From: an uncultured Campylobacter sp. | GTDB taxonomy: Bacteria > Campylobacterota > Campylobacteria > Campylobacterales > Campylobacteraceae | Direction of reading: 5' to 3' | Assembly: GCF_937973075.1 (NCBI RefSeq) | Contig: NZ_CALBWL010000051.1 | Location: 8,335 to 72,334 of the forward strand | Length of the DNA stretch: 64,000 nt | Shown: positions 19,433 to 29,940 of the stretch, in pieces | How the letters are laid out: each line of letters opens with the position of its first letter | Position numbering within the stretch: the first letter of the stretch is position 1 | Notes under the pieces: generated by a model | What the model was told of the DNA's origin: nothing | Seen by the model: the letters and a program-made list of their open reading frames with translations, nothing else | Database searches by the model: none | Program-made: the position numbers and the translations under genes

Positions 19433-20094
19433 TGAGTAAAATTTTACTCGTAGAGGACGATGAGACGCTTTGCGATCTCATCGGCGAATATCTAAAAGAC
19501 GCGGGCTTTGACGTATGCGTTTGCAGCGACGCTCAAAGCGCCGCGGATCTTGCTTATGAACAAAAATTTGATCTTTTTATCTTTGACGTAAAAATCCCCA
19601 AAGGCGACGGATTCTCACTTTTAAAAGAGCTACGCAAGAGCGGCGATCGCACCCCTGCGATATTCGCCACGTCGCTAAATACGCTTGATGATCTTGAGGT
19701 TGGTTTTAAAAGCGGCTGCGACGATTATCTCAAAAAACCGTATGAATTAAAAGAGCTGCTGCTGCGCGTTAATTCACTCATAAAGCGAAACTTCAGCCAT
19801 AATTTTGATGATTTTGTAACTATTGACGACGAGTTTAAATTTTACTTTGCAAGCAAAGAGCTACGCAAGGCAGGCGTGCCCGTCGCGCTTTCAAACAAAG
19901 AACGCGAGCTGCTGGCGCTTTTTTTGCAAAATAAAAACAGGCTTTTAAGCAAGGATGAAATTTTCTCCGCGATCTATGTTTTTAACGAAACGCCAAGCGA
20001 AGAAGCGCTACGAACTTATATCAAAAATCTACGCCGCGTCCTAGGCGAAGAGCATATCATAAATCGCCGCAACGCAGGGTATCTGTATGTCTGA
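19432..20094 (+). CDS. OmpR-family response regulator
   Basis: 220 aa. Receiver domain (LLVEDDE, DLFIFDVKIPKGDG, KKP) plus a winged helix. Confidence 0.9.
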   Translation: MSKILLVEDDETLCDLIGEYLKDAGFDVCVCSDAQSAADLAYEQKFDLFIFDVKIPKGDGFSLLKELRKSGDRTPAIFATSLNTLDDLEVGFKSGCDDYLKKPYELKELLLRVNSLIKRNFSHNFDDFVTIDDEFKFYFASKELRKAGVPVALSNKERELLALFLQNKNRLLSKDEIFSAIYVFNETPSEEALRTYIKNLRRVLGEEHIINRRNAGYLYV

Positions 20095-21259
20095 AAAGAC
20101 TGCTTTAACGCTTAAAATTCTATCTTTATATCTCATTTCAAGCGCGTTATTTTTAGGATATTTTTTCAAGATAAATTACAGGATGAACGAAGCCGCGCTA
20201 CTTTCGCACAGGATAAAAGAGCTAAAAGAGATCAAAATGATGATCTATATGAAAGCAAGCATGGACGGGCTGGAATCGCTAGCGGACTTTGAGCGCGAAA
20301 AGGGCGTGAGTGCGTGTATATTTAAGCCAAACTCTGATGAAATTTACGGCTGCAGTGGTGAGCTTGGCGCACTTGATAAAGCGAAGCTAAAGGCGGAATT
20401 TATAAGTGGCGGAAGGCTAGGAATTTATGAAAATCTGCAAAATATGGAGGAGCGAAACGCCTTTTCCAAGGCTAAAATCATTCTGCTTGGAAGTAGCGTG
20501 CAGGGCGAAATTTTAACGCTTCGTATCAAAACCGCAGCGATGATGATAGCGCTTTTGGGTGTGATATTAGCCGTGGCGTTTTATCTGGTGCGGCTAGGTA
20601 CAAAGCCGCTTTACGATAAGATTGACACGCTAAATCGCTTCATCAAGGATAGTACCCACGAGATTAATACTCCGCTTAGTATTATCTCCATGAGCGTCGA
20701 GACGATGCGGCACGCAGAGCTTGGAGAATACAACGCCAAGCGCGTCGCTAATATCGATCTTGCCGCTAAGACGCTTTCGCGCATCTACGAGGATCTTGTG
20801 TTTTTAACCTTCGGTATGAATAAGGAGGGCGAGATTAGCTCGATCGATCTAAAAAGCCTCGTTGCTTCGCGCTGCGAATACTTCGCGCCGTTTATTCAAA
20901 AGCGCAGACTAAGCCTTAAAACCGATCTTTCGGATGCGAGCATGAACGCAAATATTTATGAAATTTCGCGCCTGATCGATAATCTGCTAAGTAATGCCGT
21001 AAAATACGCCAACGCAGGCGGCTACGTGGATGTGCGGCTAAGGCACGGCGAGCTGGCGATCTCAAACAGCGGCGAGGGGATCGATAAGAAAAAAGGCGAC
21101 GAAATTTTCAGGCGCTTTGCGCGCTTTAACTCAAGCGAGGGCGGCTTTGGAATCGGGCTTAGCATCGTAAGCGAGGTCTGCAAAAAATACTCCTTTTCTA
21201 TCTCCTACGACAGCGTGCCGGGCGAGATAACGACCTTCCGCCTTACGTGGCGCGAATAA
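20087..21259 (+). CDS. Sensor histidine kinase
   Basis: 390 aa. Two TM segments flank a periplasmic domain of about 120 aa. H-box STHEINTPL, N-box LLSNAVKYA, G-box GFGIGLSIV. It overlaps the regulator gene. Confidence 0.9.
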   Translation: MSEKTALTLKILSLYLISSALFLGYFFKINYRMNEAALLSHRIKELKEIKMMIYMKASMDGLESLADFEREKGVSACIFKPNSDEIYGCSGELGALDKAKLKAEFISGGRLGIYENLQNMEERNAFSKAKIILLGSSVQGEILTLRIKTAAMMIALLGVILAVAFYLVRLGTKPLYDKIDTLNRFIKDSTHEINTPLSIISMSVETMRHAELGEYNAKRVANIDLAAKTLSRIYEDLVFLTFGMNKEGEISSIDLKSLVASRCEYFAPFIQKRRLSLKTDLSDASMNANIYEISRLIDNLLSNAVKYANAGGYVDVRLRHGELAISNSGEGIDKKKGDEIFRRFARFNSSEGGFGIGLSIVSEVCKKYSFSISYDSVPGEITTFRLTWRE

Positions 21260-21503
21260 AATTTTAAAATTTAGTGAAATTTTAAAATTTAAAAGCGACC
21301 GCCTGCGGTTTAAATTTAATCGTCGTTTGGTCGCTTAAATTCCGCGCAAAAAGGCTCTAATTGCCGGAGCGTTTAAATTTAATCGTCGCTTGTTTTTGTT
21401 CTAAAACGGAGCGCGGAATTTTATCAGTCGTTCGCTTTGCGCTCGTAAAATGACCCTAAAAGTTATGGGTGCGGAATTTTATTCGTCCGCGATTTCATAA
21501 AAT

Positions 21504-22124
21504 TTAGCTTTTATTTCTTGATAAGTATATCCAGTGGATTATATTACTGAATAAAATCGGAACAGATATACCAAAAAACATTGAGCCGCCTCCAAAAAAC
21601 GATAGCCAACCAAACAGGCTCTCTCTGCTCGCAAAAGTTGGAAACGTCCGCCCGTTGCCTACTTTGTGTGGGATGCCGTTTATGGCAAAATCGGCGTAGA
21701 AATAATTATTTAGAAGCCAATAGATAAAAGGTATGCCGATAAGCATAATTAGCTGCGTCTTGACGGCGGGAAGCTCTTTTTCATATAAGAATACGGCGAT
21801 TGGATAATACACGCAGCTTAGCGCGAAAGCCGTTAAAATAGGTACCCACAATGCCGCGACGTAAAATTCCGCAAGCTGCGTGTGCGGGCTTATTTTGCCG
21901 ATTGCGGCGATGTTTGGAAAAAACCGCTTCATAAATCCAACGAAGTCCGCGCATGCCGCACTTACGTCTAAAATATTTTCGGGTAGCACGAATACGCTAA
22001 GCGCCGTGATCGCAAACAGCGCGAAAACCGCCGCGTAAAGCCGCCCGAAAAATTTAGTAAATTTCGTATCGGGATATGACGCCTCTTGCTCTTGCGCGCC
22101 TTGAGAATTCGGCAGATCGCTCAT
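21504..22124 (-). CDS. Hypothetical polytopic membrane protein
   Basis: 206 aa. RBS AAAGGAG. Several hydrophobic segments. No family recognised. Confidence 0.6.
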   Translation of the reverse strand: MSDLPNSQGAQEQEASYPDTKFTKFFGRLYAAVFALFAITALSVFVLPENILDVSAACADFVGFMKRFFPNIAAIGKISPHTQLAEFYVAALWVPILTAFALSCVYYPIAVFLYEKELPAVKTQLIMLIGIPFIYWLLNNYFYADFAINGIPHKVGNGRTFPTFASRESLFGWLSFFGGGSMFFGISVPILFSNIIHWIYLSRNKS

Positions 22125-22651
22125 CGTTCGCTCCTTTAATAAAGTTTGCGTGCCAAAACCCGGCTTGCGCTAAATTTTAAAATTTTATGCCTTATCATTC
22201 GGTAAAATTTCACGACGAGGACTTGCTTTGGAATTTCGCGGTCAAATTTGAAATAAAATTTATTAAATTTAACCGAGCAATGCTTTTTTACAAACAAAGT
22301 CTCGCCGCCTCTAACGTGCAGTGGGGTAGGTGGGGGTTTTGGCGGCAGACCTGCTTGCGGTTGCTAGCCGAAGCAAAGTAAAAGGGCGCTTCACAAGTAT
22401 AGCCCCTTCCGCTCCGCCTCTTCCGAGCAAGAATTTAAGCCTTATCGGAAGCGACAAATAAAATTTAAACCCGCGCGTAGCGTGGCAATTTCTCGTATCG
22501 TCTTAGCCAGAAAGCCACTAAAATAAAGAAAGCCCTTTCATTTCACGCAAGCTCGCAGCCAAGACCCAAAATTAATTGCCTAACAAAAAAGGCAGGTTGG
22601 CGTTGCTTGCTCGCAAAATAACCGCGGAATCCCACTAGATAAAATTTAAAT

Positions 22652-23884
22652 TTAAAATTCCGAGTATTTCTGATAGTCGATCTGCGCGGAGTTTTTGTTG
22701 ATCGTATCGACCGTAGCTTCGGCGATCGCCAGCTCCTCGTTGGTAGGGATTACAAGCGTTTTTATTTTGCTATCTGCCGTGCTTAAATTTCTAATCGAGC
22801 CAGTATTTTTTGCGTTTTTTGTCGCATCGATTTCGATGCCGATATGAGCGAGCCTCTCGCAGACATTTTGCCTAAAATGCGGCGCATTCTCGCCGATACC
22901 GCCGGTAAAGATCAAAGCGTCCACGCGCCCGAGTACGGCGTAATACGCTCCGATCGTCTTAACGACGCTGTACACGAGCATCTCAAATGCAAGTTTCGCG
23001 CGCGGCTCGCCATCCTCCATCTTTTCATATACTTTTCGCAGATCGCTTGCACCGCAGATGCCCAAAAGTCCGCTTTTTTTGTTCATTATGGCGTCCATAT
23101 CCTGCGCGTTGTAGCCCGCGACGCGCTCGATGTATGGGATGATCGCAGGATCGATCGAGCCGCATCTGGTGCCCATGATGATCCCCTCAAGAGGCGTTAG
23201 CCCCATCGAGGTGTCGACGCACTTGCCGTTTTCTATGGCGCTTACGCTAGAGCCGTTGCCAAGATGTAGCGTAATGGCATTGAAGTTTTCGTATTTTTTA
23301 CGTAAAAATTTCGCTCCCATCGTCGAGACGAACCAATGCGATGTGCCGTGCGCGCCGTAGCGACGAACCTTATATTTTTCGTAGAATTCATATGGCAGTG
23401 CGTACATATATGCATATGGTGGGATGCTTTGATGAAAGATCGTATCAAAAACCGCGACGTTTGGAATTTTTGGAGCGATCTTCAGGCAGGATTTGATGCC
23501 TGCTAAATTTGCGGGATTGTGTAGTGGTGCAAGCGGCGCAAGCTCGGCGATTTTAGCCATTACGTCCTCATCTATGAGTGCAGGAGCGTCGAAATAATCC
23601 GCACCCTGAACGATGCGATGTCCGATGCCGCCCACTTGAGTCAGATCTTTGATTACTCCGCTTTGTTTTAAAAGATTAATCGCGATTGCGATCGCGGTTT
23701 CGTGATTTGGAATTTGCTCGTTTTCAACCTTTATACTTCGTCCGTTGGCGCAATTGATGCTTCCGCTTGCGTGCGTCGAGCCGATCTCCTCGATGAGCCC
23801 ACTTGCTATGCAGGCGTGATTTAGCATATCGTGGAATTTAAATTTAACCGAGCTCGAGCCGGAATTTATGACTAGGATATCCAT
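22652..23884 (-). CDS. ackA: Acetate kinase
   Basis: 410 aa. MDILVINSGSSSVKF, RRYGAHGTSH and TGGIGEN motifs. Confidence 0.95.
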   Translation of the reverse strand: MDILVINSGSSSVKFKFHDMLNHACIASGLIEEIGSTHASGSINCANGRSIKVENEQIPNHETAIAIAINLLKQSGVIKDLTQVGGIGHRIVQGADYFDAPALIDEDVMAKIAELAPLAPLHNPANLAGIKSCLKIAPKIPNVAVFDTIFHQSIPPYAYMYALPYEFYEKYKVRRYGAHGTSHWFVSTMGAKFLRKKYENFNAITLHLGNGSSVSAIENGKCVDTSMGLTPLEGIIMGTRCGSIDPAIIPYIERVAGYNAQDMDAIMNKKSGLLGICGASDLRKVYEKMEDGEPRAKLAFEMLVYSVVKTIGAYYAVLGRVDALIFTGGIGENAPHFRQNVCERLAHIGIEIDATKNAKNTGSIRNLSTADSKIKTLVIPTNEELAIAEATVDTINKNSAQIDYQKYSEF

Positions 23885-25482
23885 TAATTCTCTCCCGCTT
23901 GAATGGCGCTGATAAGTATCGTGTTTACGATGTCGGCGACCTTGCAGCCGCGGCTTAGATCGTTTATCGGCTTTTTTAAGCCCTGCAGAATCGGCCCGAT
24001 CGCCACGGCGCCTGCGGTGCGCTGAACGGCCTTATAACAGATATTTCCGCAGTTAAGATCGGGGAAGATAAATACGTTCGCACGCCCTGCGACCGCGGAG
24101 CCGGGCATCTTTTTCTTAGCGACTGCAGCATCGACTGCGGCATCGAATTGCAGCGGCCCGTCGATTGTGAGCCCCGGCGCCTTTTCGCGCGCTTTTTGCG
24201 TTGCAGTTTTTATGAATTCTACGCTATCGCCGCTGCCGCTATCGCCGCTGGAGTAGCTTAGCATCGCCACGCGCGGCTCAAGCCCAAACGCCTTTGCGGT
24301 CGCGGCACTTGAGATCGCGATACCCGCCAGATACTCTGCGCTCGGGCTCGGCGCTACGGCGCAGTCGGCAAAAAGCAGAGCCTGCGTATCCAGGCACATT
24401 ATAAATGCGCCGCTAACGGTAGCGATGCCGGGCTTTGTCTTGATGATCTGAAGCGCGGGGCGGATCGTCTCTGCAGTAGTCGTGCCGGCACCGCTTACCA
24501 TCGCATCGGCCAGCCCTTCATACACGAGCATCGTGCCGAAGTAGGTGCGATCGCGCACTAAATCGCGTGCCTGCGCCTCGCTCATACCCTTTGCCTTGCG
24601 AAGCTCATATAGATCGCGCGCAAATTTTTCTAAGCTCGCATCCGTCTGCGGATCTAAAATTTTAACACCCGCTAGATTAAGACCTAGCTTGCTTGCGCTT
24701 TTTTGCACTTCGTCTTGCCGCCCTAAAAGGATCAAATTTGCAGCACCGCTTTGTTTTATAATCGCGGCCGCGCGCAGAATTCTCTCATCGTCGCTTTCTG
24801 GAAGTACGACGGTTTTAACGTTCGCGCGAGCCTTGGCGTAGAGCTTGCTTTCAAATTTCAACGGGGTTAGAATTTCACAGCGCGTGGAGTTTGCGGCATC
24901 AGTGAAGTAGCTTTTGTCGGTAACGACTTTATCAAGCTCTATCGCGCCGCTTTGGCACGCAGAATTTTCGTCGTGAAATTTTGCATCACTTTCGCAGGCG
25001 GAATTTTTATCGCAAAGCTCCGATTTTTTAGAATTTGCACCCTCTTGTGCAGGTCTTAGCGCGGAAAATGAAATTTTATCCTCATATATGCTGGCAAAGC
25101 TTATCGCTTTTGCTGCGGCGATCGAGTGCGTGCCAATGCGCGCGGCAATTTCGTTAGGATAAAATCCGCAAACGGGGATATTTAGATCCTTTGCGATTTG
25201 TAAATTTAGCTCGCGCAGATCGGCTCCCGCTACGCCGCGAACCAGTACAAAATTGCACTGCTCTAAAATCTGCGTAAAGCGCTCTATCGCCGCCTTTCGC
25301 ACACGCTCATCCTGCCCATCCGCGAGCGCTTTTTCAAGCTCGCTCCTGCTAAAAAGGGCATTGTCGCCAGCGATGCAAAGTTGCAAAACGTTGTGAAAGC
25401 TCATGGATAAAATTTTATCTAGTTTTTTTAGCTCGGATTGGTAGGCGGCAGGCTCGTCGCATAGGAGCAAAATTCCGTTCAT
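23884..25482 (-). CDS. pta: Phosphate acetyltransferase
   Basis: 532 aa. The C-terminal PTA_PTB domain is clear (VVLPESDDERILRAA, DGPLQFDAA, FPDLNCGNICYK). TAATG overlap with ackA. Confidence 0.9.
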   Translation of the reverse strand: MNGILLLCDEPAAYQSELKKLDKILSMSFHNVLQLCIAGDNALFSRSELEKALADGQDERVRKAAIERFTQILEQCNFVLVRGVAGADLRELNLQIAKDLNIPVCGFYPNEIAARIGTHSIAAAKAISFASIYEDKISFSALRPAQEGANSKKSELCDKNSACESDAKFHDENSACQSGAIELDKVVTDKSYFTDAANSTRCEILTPLKFESKLYAKARANVKTVVLPESDDERILRAAAIIKQSGAANLILLGRQDEVQKSASKLGLNLAGVKILDPQTDASLEKFARDLYELRKAKGMSEAQARDLVRDRTYFGTMLVYEGLADAMVSGAGTTTAETIRPALQIIKTKPGIATVSGAFIMCLDTQALLFADCAVAPSPSAEYLAGIAISSAATAKAFGLEPRVAMLSYSSGDSGSGDSVEFIKTATQKAREKAPGLTIDGPLQFDAAVDAAVAKKKMPGSAVAGRANVFIFPDLNCGNICYKAVQRTAGAVAIGPILQGLKKPINDLSRGCKVADIVNTILISAIQAGEN

Positions 25483-25594
25483 CGGCTGATCCTTTGAAAT
25501 AAGATAGTCAATTGTAGCAAAATTTTGCTTGCGTGTTAATCAAAGATTTATCGTGAGGGTTTAAAATTTGGTAACTTCCAACAAAGGAGCGCAC

Positions 25595-26332
25595 ATGAAA
25601 AATTTAGTGATTTTGGCTCTTTTAGTGAGCCTCGCCGCGGCGAAAATCAACATAAACGAAGCTAGTCGCTACGAGCTGATGACGATCGGTGGGCTTGATG
25701 CGGGTAGGGCGGATATGCTTATGCAATACCGCCAAAAGCGCGAAATTTCAAGTGCAGATGAGCTAAAGGGCATCAACGGCTTTGCAAGTTACGATACTGC
25801 TAAACTGCAGAAGAGCTTTGAAATATCGCCTAGAGCTAACGTGCAGCAGCCGGTGCAGCCTGATCGCGATATAGTCGTGGTCGAAAAGACCCGCACCCGC
25901 ACGGTTTACGGAGGCTCTACTTACAGACGCGTGGAAAATTACGGAAACGGCATCACGATCACAGAGACTGGCACTTTACCGCCTCCTCTTCCGCGAGGAT
26001 ATGGTAGGCACGGCGGCATGATGCCGCCTCCTCCCCCACCTCCTGGCGGCATGCCACCACCTCCGGGAGGCATGCCACCACCTCCGGGAGGTATAAAACC
26101 GCCTCCTCCGCCACCGCCACCTCCATCAAGTGACTATTACCACAGAAGTTCTAACCGTATGAGCGATAGTGAAATTGGCGGAAGCTCGCGCCGTAACATG
26201 CCGGTGCCTATGCATATGGGAACGATCCGCTCGAAAAGATCCAGTAGCGTCACAAGCTTCGGCGACTGCGATCCACAAAGCGGCAACTGCGCTAGCGTGG
26301 GCGTAGGCGTGCAGGTAGATAGAGGGTTTTAA
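25595..26332 (+). CDS. Secreted ComEA-like helix-hairpin-helix protein with polyproline repeat
   Basis: I placed the start at MKNLVILALLVSLAAA, which follows AAAGGAG. KININEASRYELMTIGGLDAGRADMLMQYR is ComEA/HhH-like. It is followed by PPPPPPPGGMPPPPGGMPPPPGGIKPPPPPPPPPS. Confidence 0.7.
   Translation: MKNLVILALLVSLAAAKININEASRYELMTIGGLDAGRADMLMQYRQKREISSADELKGINGFASYDTAKLQKSFEISPRANVQQPVQPDRDIVVVEKTRTRTVYGGSTYRRVENYGNGITITETGTLPPPLPRGYGRHGGMMPPPPPPPGGMPPPPGGMPPPPGGIKPPPPPPPPPSSDYYHRSSNRMSDSEIGGSSRRNMPVPMHMGTIRSKRSSSVTSFGDCDPQSGNCASVGVGVQVDRGF
26048..26089 (+). repeat. Perfect 21-bp tandem duplication (GGMPPPP unit)
   Basis: GGCATGCCACCACCTCCGGGA occurs twice in tandem inside the proline-rich segment. 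Confidence 0.85.
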
Positions 26333-26774
26333 AATTTAATTTTACGCAGGCGGAATTTTTAGAATTTACAATCGAGATTCCGCCCGCCTTAAATTTACGG
26401 CTAAATTTTAAAATTTTGGTAGTGTAGAATTTAAAATTTATGCAGGTATCGCTCTACGCTACAATAAAATTTCAAAAAATTTTATAAATTTAATCGAGCC
26501 TCGCGTGGTAAAATTTCAAGCTAAAATTTTATGTTAAAACTGCTGCGCCGCGTTTTATCAAGATAAAATTTGCACCTTAAAATTTTAAATTCAAAATCCA
26601 GCCACATGATAAATTTTAAATTTGCCTTTTCCACTCTTTCTAAATTCCGAAATTTTGCCCCGTCTTGCTGCTATTAAATTTTAAATTCGACCCGATTTAA
26701 CGCCTTAAATTCGTGAAATTTAATTTACAAAATAATATAATCACAAAATTATTCCAATGAAACAGGATGGGCGT

Positions 26775-28469
26775 ATGAAAGAAATTAGCGGATCGCAGAT
26801 GATCGTGGAGGCGTTGCGGCAGGAGGGGGTCGAGGTAGTTTTCGGCTACCCGGGCGGCGCAGCGCTAAACATTTATGATGAAATTTACAAACAAAAATAC
26901 TTCAGGCATATTTTGGTGCGCCACGAGCAGGCTGCGGCGATGGCTGCGGACGGATACGCGCGCGTCAGCGGCAAGGTCGGCGTGGCTGTCGTCACAAGCG
27001 GACCCGGATTTACGAACGCGCTTACGGGGCTTGCTACGGCGTATAGCGATAGCATCCCAATCGTGCTTATCAGCGGGCAGGTGGCGACCTCGCTTATCGG
27101 CACCGACGCCTTTCAAGAGATCGACGCGATCGGAATTTCACGCCCCTGCGTTAAGCACAACTATCTAGTTAAAACGATCGAAGAGCTGCCTAGAATTTTA
27201 AAAGAAGCCTTTTATATCGCTCGCAGCGGCAGACCTGGACCCGTGCACGTTGATATTCCCAAAGACGTAACAGCGAAGCTTGGCGTTTTTGAATATCCTA
27301 GCGAAATCAAGATGCAGACTTATAAGCCCAATTATAAGGGTAATTCTAAACAGATCAAAAAAGCCGTCGAGCTAATCGCAAACTCCAAAAAGCCTATCCT
27401 CTACATCGGAGGCGGCGTTATTAGCGCGGGCGCAAGCGAGCTGGTGCGCGAGCTTAGCGAGTTTGCGCAGATCCCGGTCGTGCAAACCCTTATGGCACTG
27501 GGAGCTATGCGAAGCGATGATAAGCTAAATCTAGGTATGGTCGGAATGCACGGCAGCTACGCCGCAAATATGGCGCTTAGCGAGTCTGATCTGATAATCT
27601 GCTTGGGCGCGAGATTTGACGATCGCGTCACCGGCAAGCTTAGCGAATTCGGCAAAAACGCGAAAATCATCCACGTCGATATCGATCCTAGCTCGATCTC
27701 AAAGATCATAAACGCGGATTATCCGATCGTGGGCGACGTGAAATCGGTGCTAGAGGAGATGCTGCCGCGTATTAGAAGCGAGGTTAGCCCTGCAAATTTC
27801 GAGCAGTGGCGCGAGCTCATCCGCAAATACGATGAAATTCACCCGCTTAAATTTAACGACAGCGATGAAATTTTAAAGCCGCAGTGGGTTATACAAAGTA
27901 CCGCAAAAATCGCGGGCGAGGACGCTATCATCGCTACGGACGTGGGGCAGCATCAGATGTGGGTCGCGCAGTTTTATCCGTTTTGCAAGCCGCGCACTCT
28001 GCTAAGTAGCGGAGGGCAGGGCACGATGGGATACGGCCTGCCCGCAGCATTGGGCGCGAAGGCTTATGCGGGAGATAGACCGGTTATAAATTTCAGCGGA
28101 GACGGCTCGATTTTGATGAATATCCAAGAGCTGATGACTGCGAGCGCGAGCGGCCTAAACGTCGTAAATATCGTATTAAACAACAATTTCTTAGGCATGG
28201 TGCGGCAGTGGCAGAGCCTATTTTACGGGCAGCGTTTCTCATCGACCGATCTTAGCTCGCAGCCCGATTTCGTAAAAATTGCGGAGGGCTTCGGCGGCGT
28301 GGGCTTTAGCGTTAGCACCAAAGCGGAATTTGAAGATGCGCTGAAGCAGGCTCTTGCGAGTAAAAAGGTAAGTGTCATCGAGGCCAAGATCGATCGCTTC
28401 GAAAACGTCTGGCCGATGGTGCCTGCAGGCGGCGCACTTTATAATATGATTTTTGAGCAGGAGTCTTAG
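26775..28469 (+). CDS. ilvI: Acetolactate synthase large subunit (biosynthetic)
   Basis: ThDP enzyme ([32 protein letters not shown]). I chose the second ATG (26775) because AGGA precedes it. The ATG at 26757 is also possible. Confidence 0.92.
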   Translation: MKEISGSQMIVEALRQEGVEVVFGYPGGAALNIYDEIYKQKYFRHILVRHEQAAAMAADGYARVSGKVGVAVVTSGPGFTNALTGLATAYSDSIPIVLISGQVATSLIGTDAFQEIDAIGISRPCVKHNYLVKTIEELPRILKEAFYIARSGRPGPVHVDIPKDVTAKLGVFEYPSEIKMQTYKPNYKGNSKQIKKAVELIANSKKPILYIGGGVISAGASELVRELSEFAQIPVVQTLMALGAMRSDDKLNLGMVGMHGSYAANMALSESDLIICLGARFDDRVTGKLSEFGKNAKIIHVDIDPSSISKIINADYPIVGDVKSVLEEMLPRIRSEVSPANFEQWRELIRKYDEIHPLKFNDSDEILKPQWVIQSTAKIAGEDAIIATDVGQHQMWVAQFYPFCKPRTLLSSGGQGTMGYGLPAALGAKAYAGDRPVINFSGDGSILMNIQELMTASASGLNVVNIVLNNNFLGMVRQWQSLFYGQRFSSTDLSSQPDFVKIAEGFGGVGFSVSTKAEFEDALKQALASKKVSVIEAKIDRFENVWPMVPAGGALYNMIFEQES

Positions 28470-28470
28470 G

Positions 28471-28941
28471 ATGAATAGCATAAGAAGAGTAATCTCGGTC
28501 GTCGTTACCGACGAGCACGGCGTTTTGTCGCGGATCTCGGGGCTTTTTGCGGGGCGCGGCTATAATATCGACAGCCTCACCGTTGCGCCGATCCCAAATA
28601 CGGGTCTATCGCGCCTTAGCATCGTCACTTCGGGCGACGAGCGCGTCATAGAGCAGATCACTAAGCAGCTTCATAAGCTGATCCCCGTTTACAAGGTCAT
28701 TGAGGATGCAAAATTCGTCGAAAAGGAGATGGTTTTGGTAAAGATCGCGCTGGGCGAAAATTTAGCGGGGCTTGATGCTGTTTTAAAAGCCTACAACGGC
28801 AGCATCGCAAACAGCGACGACAGCAAGATCGTCATCATGGCGTGCGACGACGCAGACCGCATCGACGGATTTTTAAAGACGATAAAAAAATACAATCCGA
28901 TCGACGTCGTCCGCGGCGGCAGCGTCGCGCTGGATATGTAA
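28471..28941 (+). CDS. ilvH: Acetolactate synthase small subunit
   Basis: ACT domain (VTDEHGVLSRISGLFAGRGYNIDSLTV). ATG after AGGAG, two nt past the ilvI stop. Confidence 0.9.
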   Translation: MNSIRRVISVVVTDEHGVLSRISGLFAGRGYNIDSLTVAPIPNTGLSRLSIVTSGDERVIEQITKQLHKLIPVYKVIEDAKFVEKEMVLVKIALGENLAGLDAVLKAYNGSIANSDDSKIVIMACDDADRIDGFLKTIKKYNPIDVVRGGSVALDM

Positions 28942-28972
28942 GCGGCGATAAAATTTAATCAAAGGAGCGCAA

Positions 28973-29923
28973 ATGAAATTATCTAAAATTGCCGAAATTT
29001 TAAACATAGAGCTTAACGGAGCGGACGCGGAGATCACCGCGATAAATTCGCTTCAAAACGCAAGGCAAAGCGAGCTAAGCTACTGCGATAGCGACAAAAA
29101 CGAGAAATTTTTATTCGCCACCAAAGCAGCCGCCGTATTGGTAAAAATCGGCACCGCAGCCCCAAGCGGCGTGCGAGCGCTGGAGTGCGAAAATCCGCAT
29201 CTAGCCTTTGCGATCTTAAGCGCGCATTTTGCTAAGCCGCTCATTCGCAGCGGTGCGCCCGCAAAGATCGCCGCCAGCGCGCAGATCGAGCAGGGCGTGC
29301 ATATCGGCGTAAATTCCACGATCGGCGAGAATTGCGTCATTTTAAGCGGCGCGTATATCGGCGATGACGTGCATATCGGAAGCGGCTGCGTGATCCACGC
29401 AAACGCCGTCATCTACAATGACACGATCATCGGCGAGCGCTGCATAATCCACGCAAACGCCGTCATCGGAAGCGACGGCTTCGGCTATGCGCACACCAAA
29501 ACGGGCGAGCACGTTAAAATTTATCACAACGGTAACGTCGTGCTGCAAGACGAGGTCGAAATCGGCGCATGCACGACGATCGATCGCGCGGTATTCGGCT
29601 CGACGATAATTGGGCGGGGCAGCAAGATCGACAATCTCGTTCAAATCGGGCACAACTGCGAGCTTGGGCAAAACTGCCTCATCGTCTCTCAAGTTGGACT
29701 TGCGGGCTCGACGACGCTTGGGCGTAACGTCGTGATGGGCGGACAGAGCGGCAGCGGCGGGCACGTAAGCGTGGGCGATTTCACTCAGATCGCGGCGCGC
29801 GGCGGCATAAGCAAGGATTTAGCGGGTGGCAAAAACTACGCAGGGCATCCTATAATGGAGCTTAGCGAGTGGTTCAAGCTGCAGGCTAAGATCGTTAGAT
29901 TTTTTAGAGATAAAAAACACTAG
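28973..29923 (+). CDS. lpxD: UDP-3-O-acylglucosamine N-acyltransferase
   Basis: 316 aa. Hexapeptide left-handed beta-helix repeats. GSDGFGYA motif. Follows ilvIH as in C. jejuni. Confidence 0.92.
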   Translation: MKLSKIAEILNIELNGADAEITAINSLQNARQSELSYCDSDKNEKFLFATKAAAVLVKIGTAAPSGVRALECENPHLAFAILSAHFAKPLIRSGAPAKIAASAQIEQGVHIGVNSTIGENCVILSGAYIGDDVHIGSGCVIHANAVIYNDTIIGERCIIHANAVIGSDGFGYAHTKTGEHVKIYHNGNVVLQDEVEIGACTTIDRAVFGSTIIGRGSKIDNLVQIGHNCELGQNCLIVSQVGLAGSTTLGRNVVMGGQSGSGGHVSVGDFTQIAARGGISKDLAGGKNYAGHPIMELSEWFKLQAKIVRFFRDKKH

Positions 29924-29940
29924 CCGTTTTGCCTTGGCTG

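Noticed and set aside
22187-22381. A 64-aa plus-strand ORF.
   Set aside because: It lies in the leader of the divergent membrane-protein gene. It has no RBS and an implausible Trp/Arg/Phe-rich sequence.
22125-22651. A 527-nt spacer between ackA and the membrane-protein gene has a GC-rich core (about 22300-22460). I tested it by eye as tmRNA, RNase P RNA, SRP RNA or a cobalamin riboswitch. It also shares loose short pieces (AAGAGGCGAG, GCAAGCAGGTCT, GCGCCCCTTTTAC) with 3180-3260.
   Set aside because: The diagnostic motifs are absent: no AAAGTCC P4 strand, no GGAAGCAGCC SRP loop, no TCCACCA 3' end, and the B12-box-like AGCAGGTCTGCC is imperfect and in the wrong order relative to CCACTG. The similarity to 3180-3260 is short and non-collinear. 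It remains an unexplained spacer. A covariance-model scan would settle the question.
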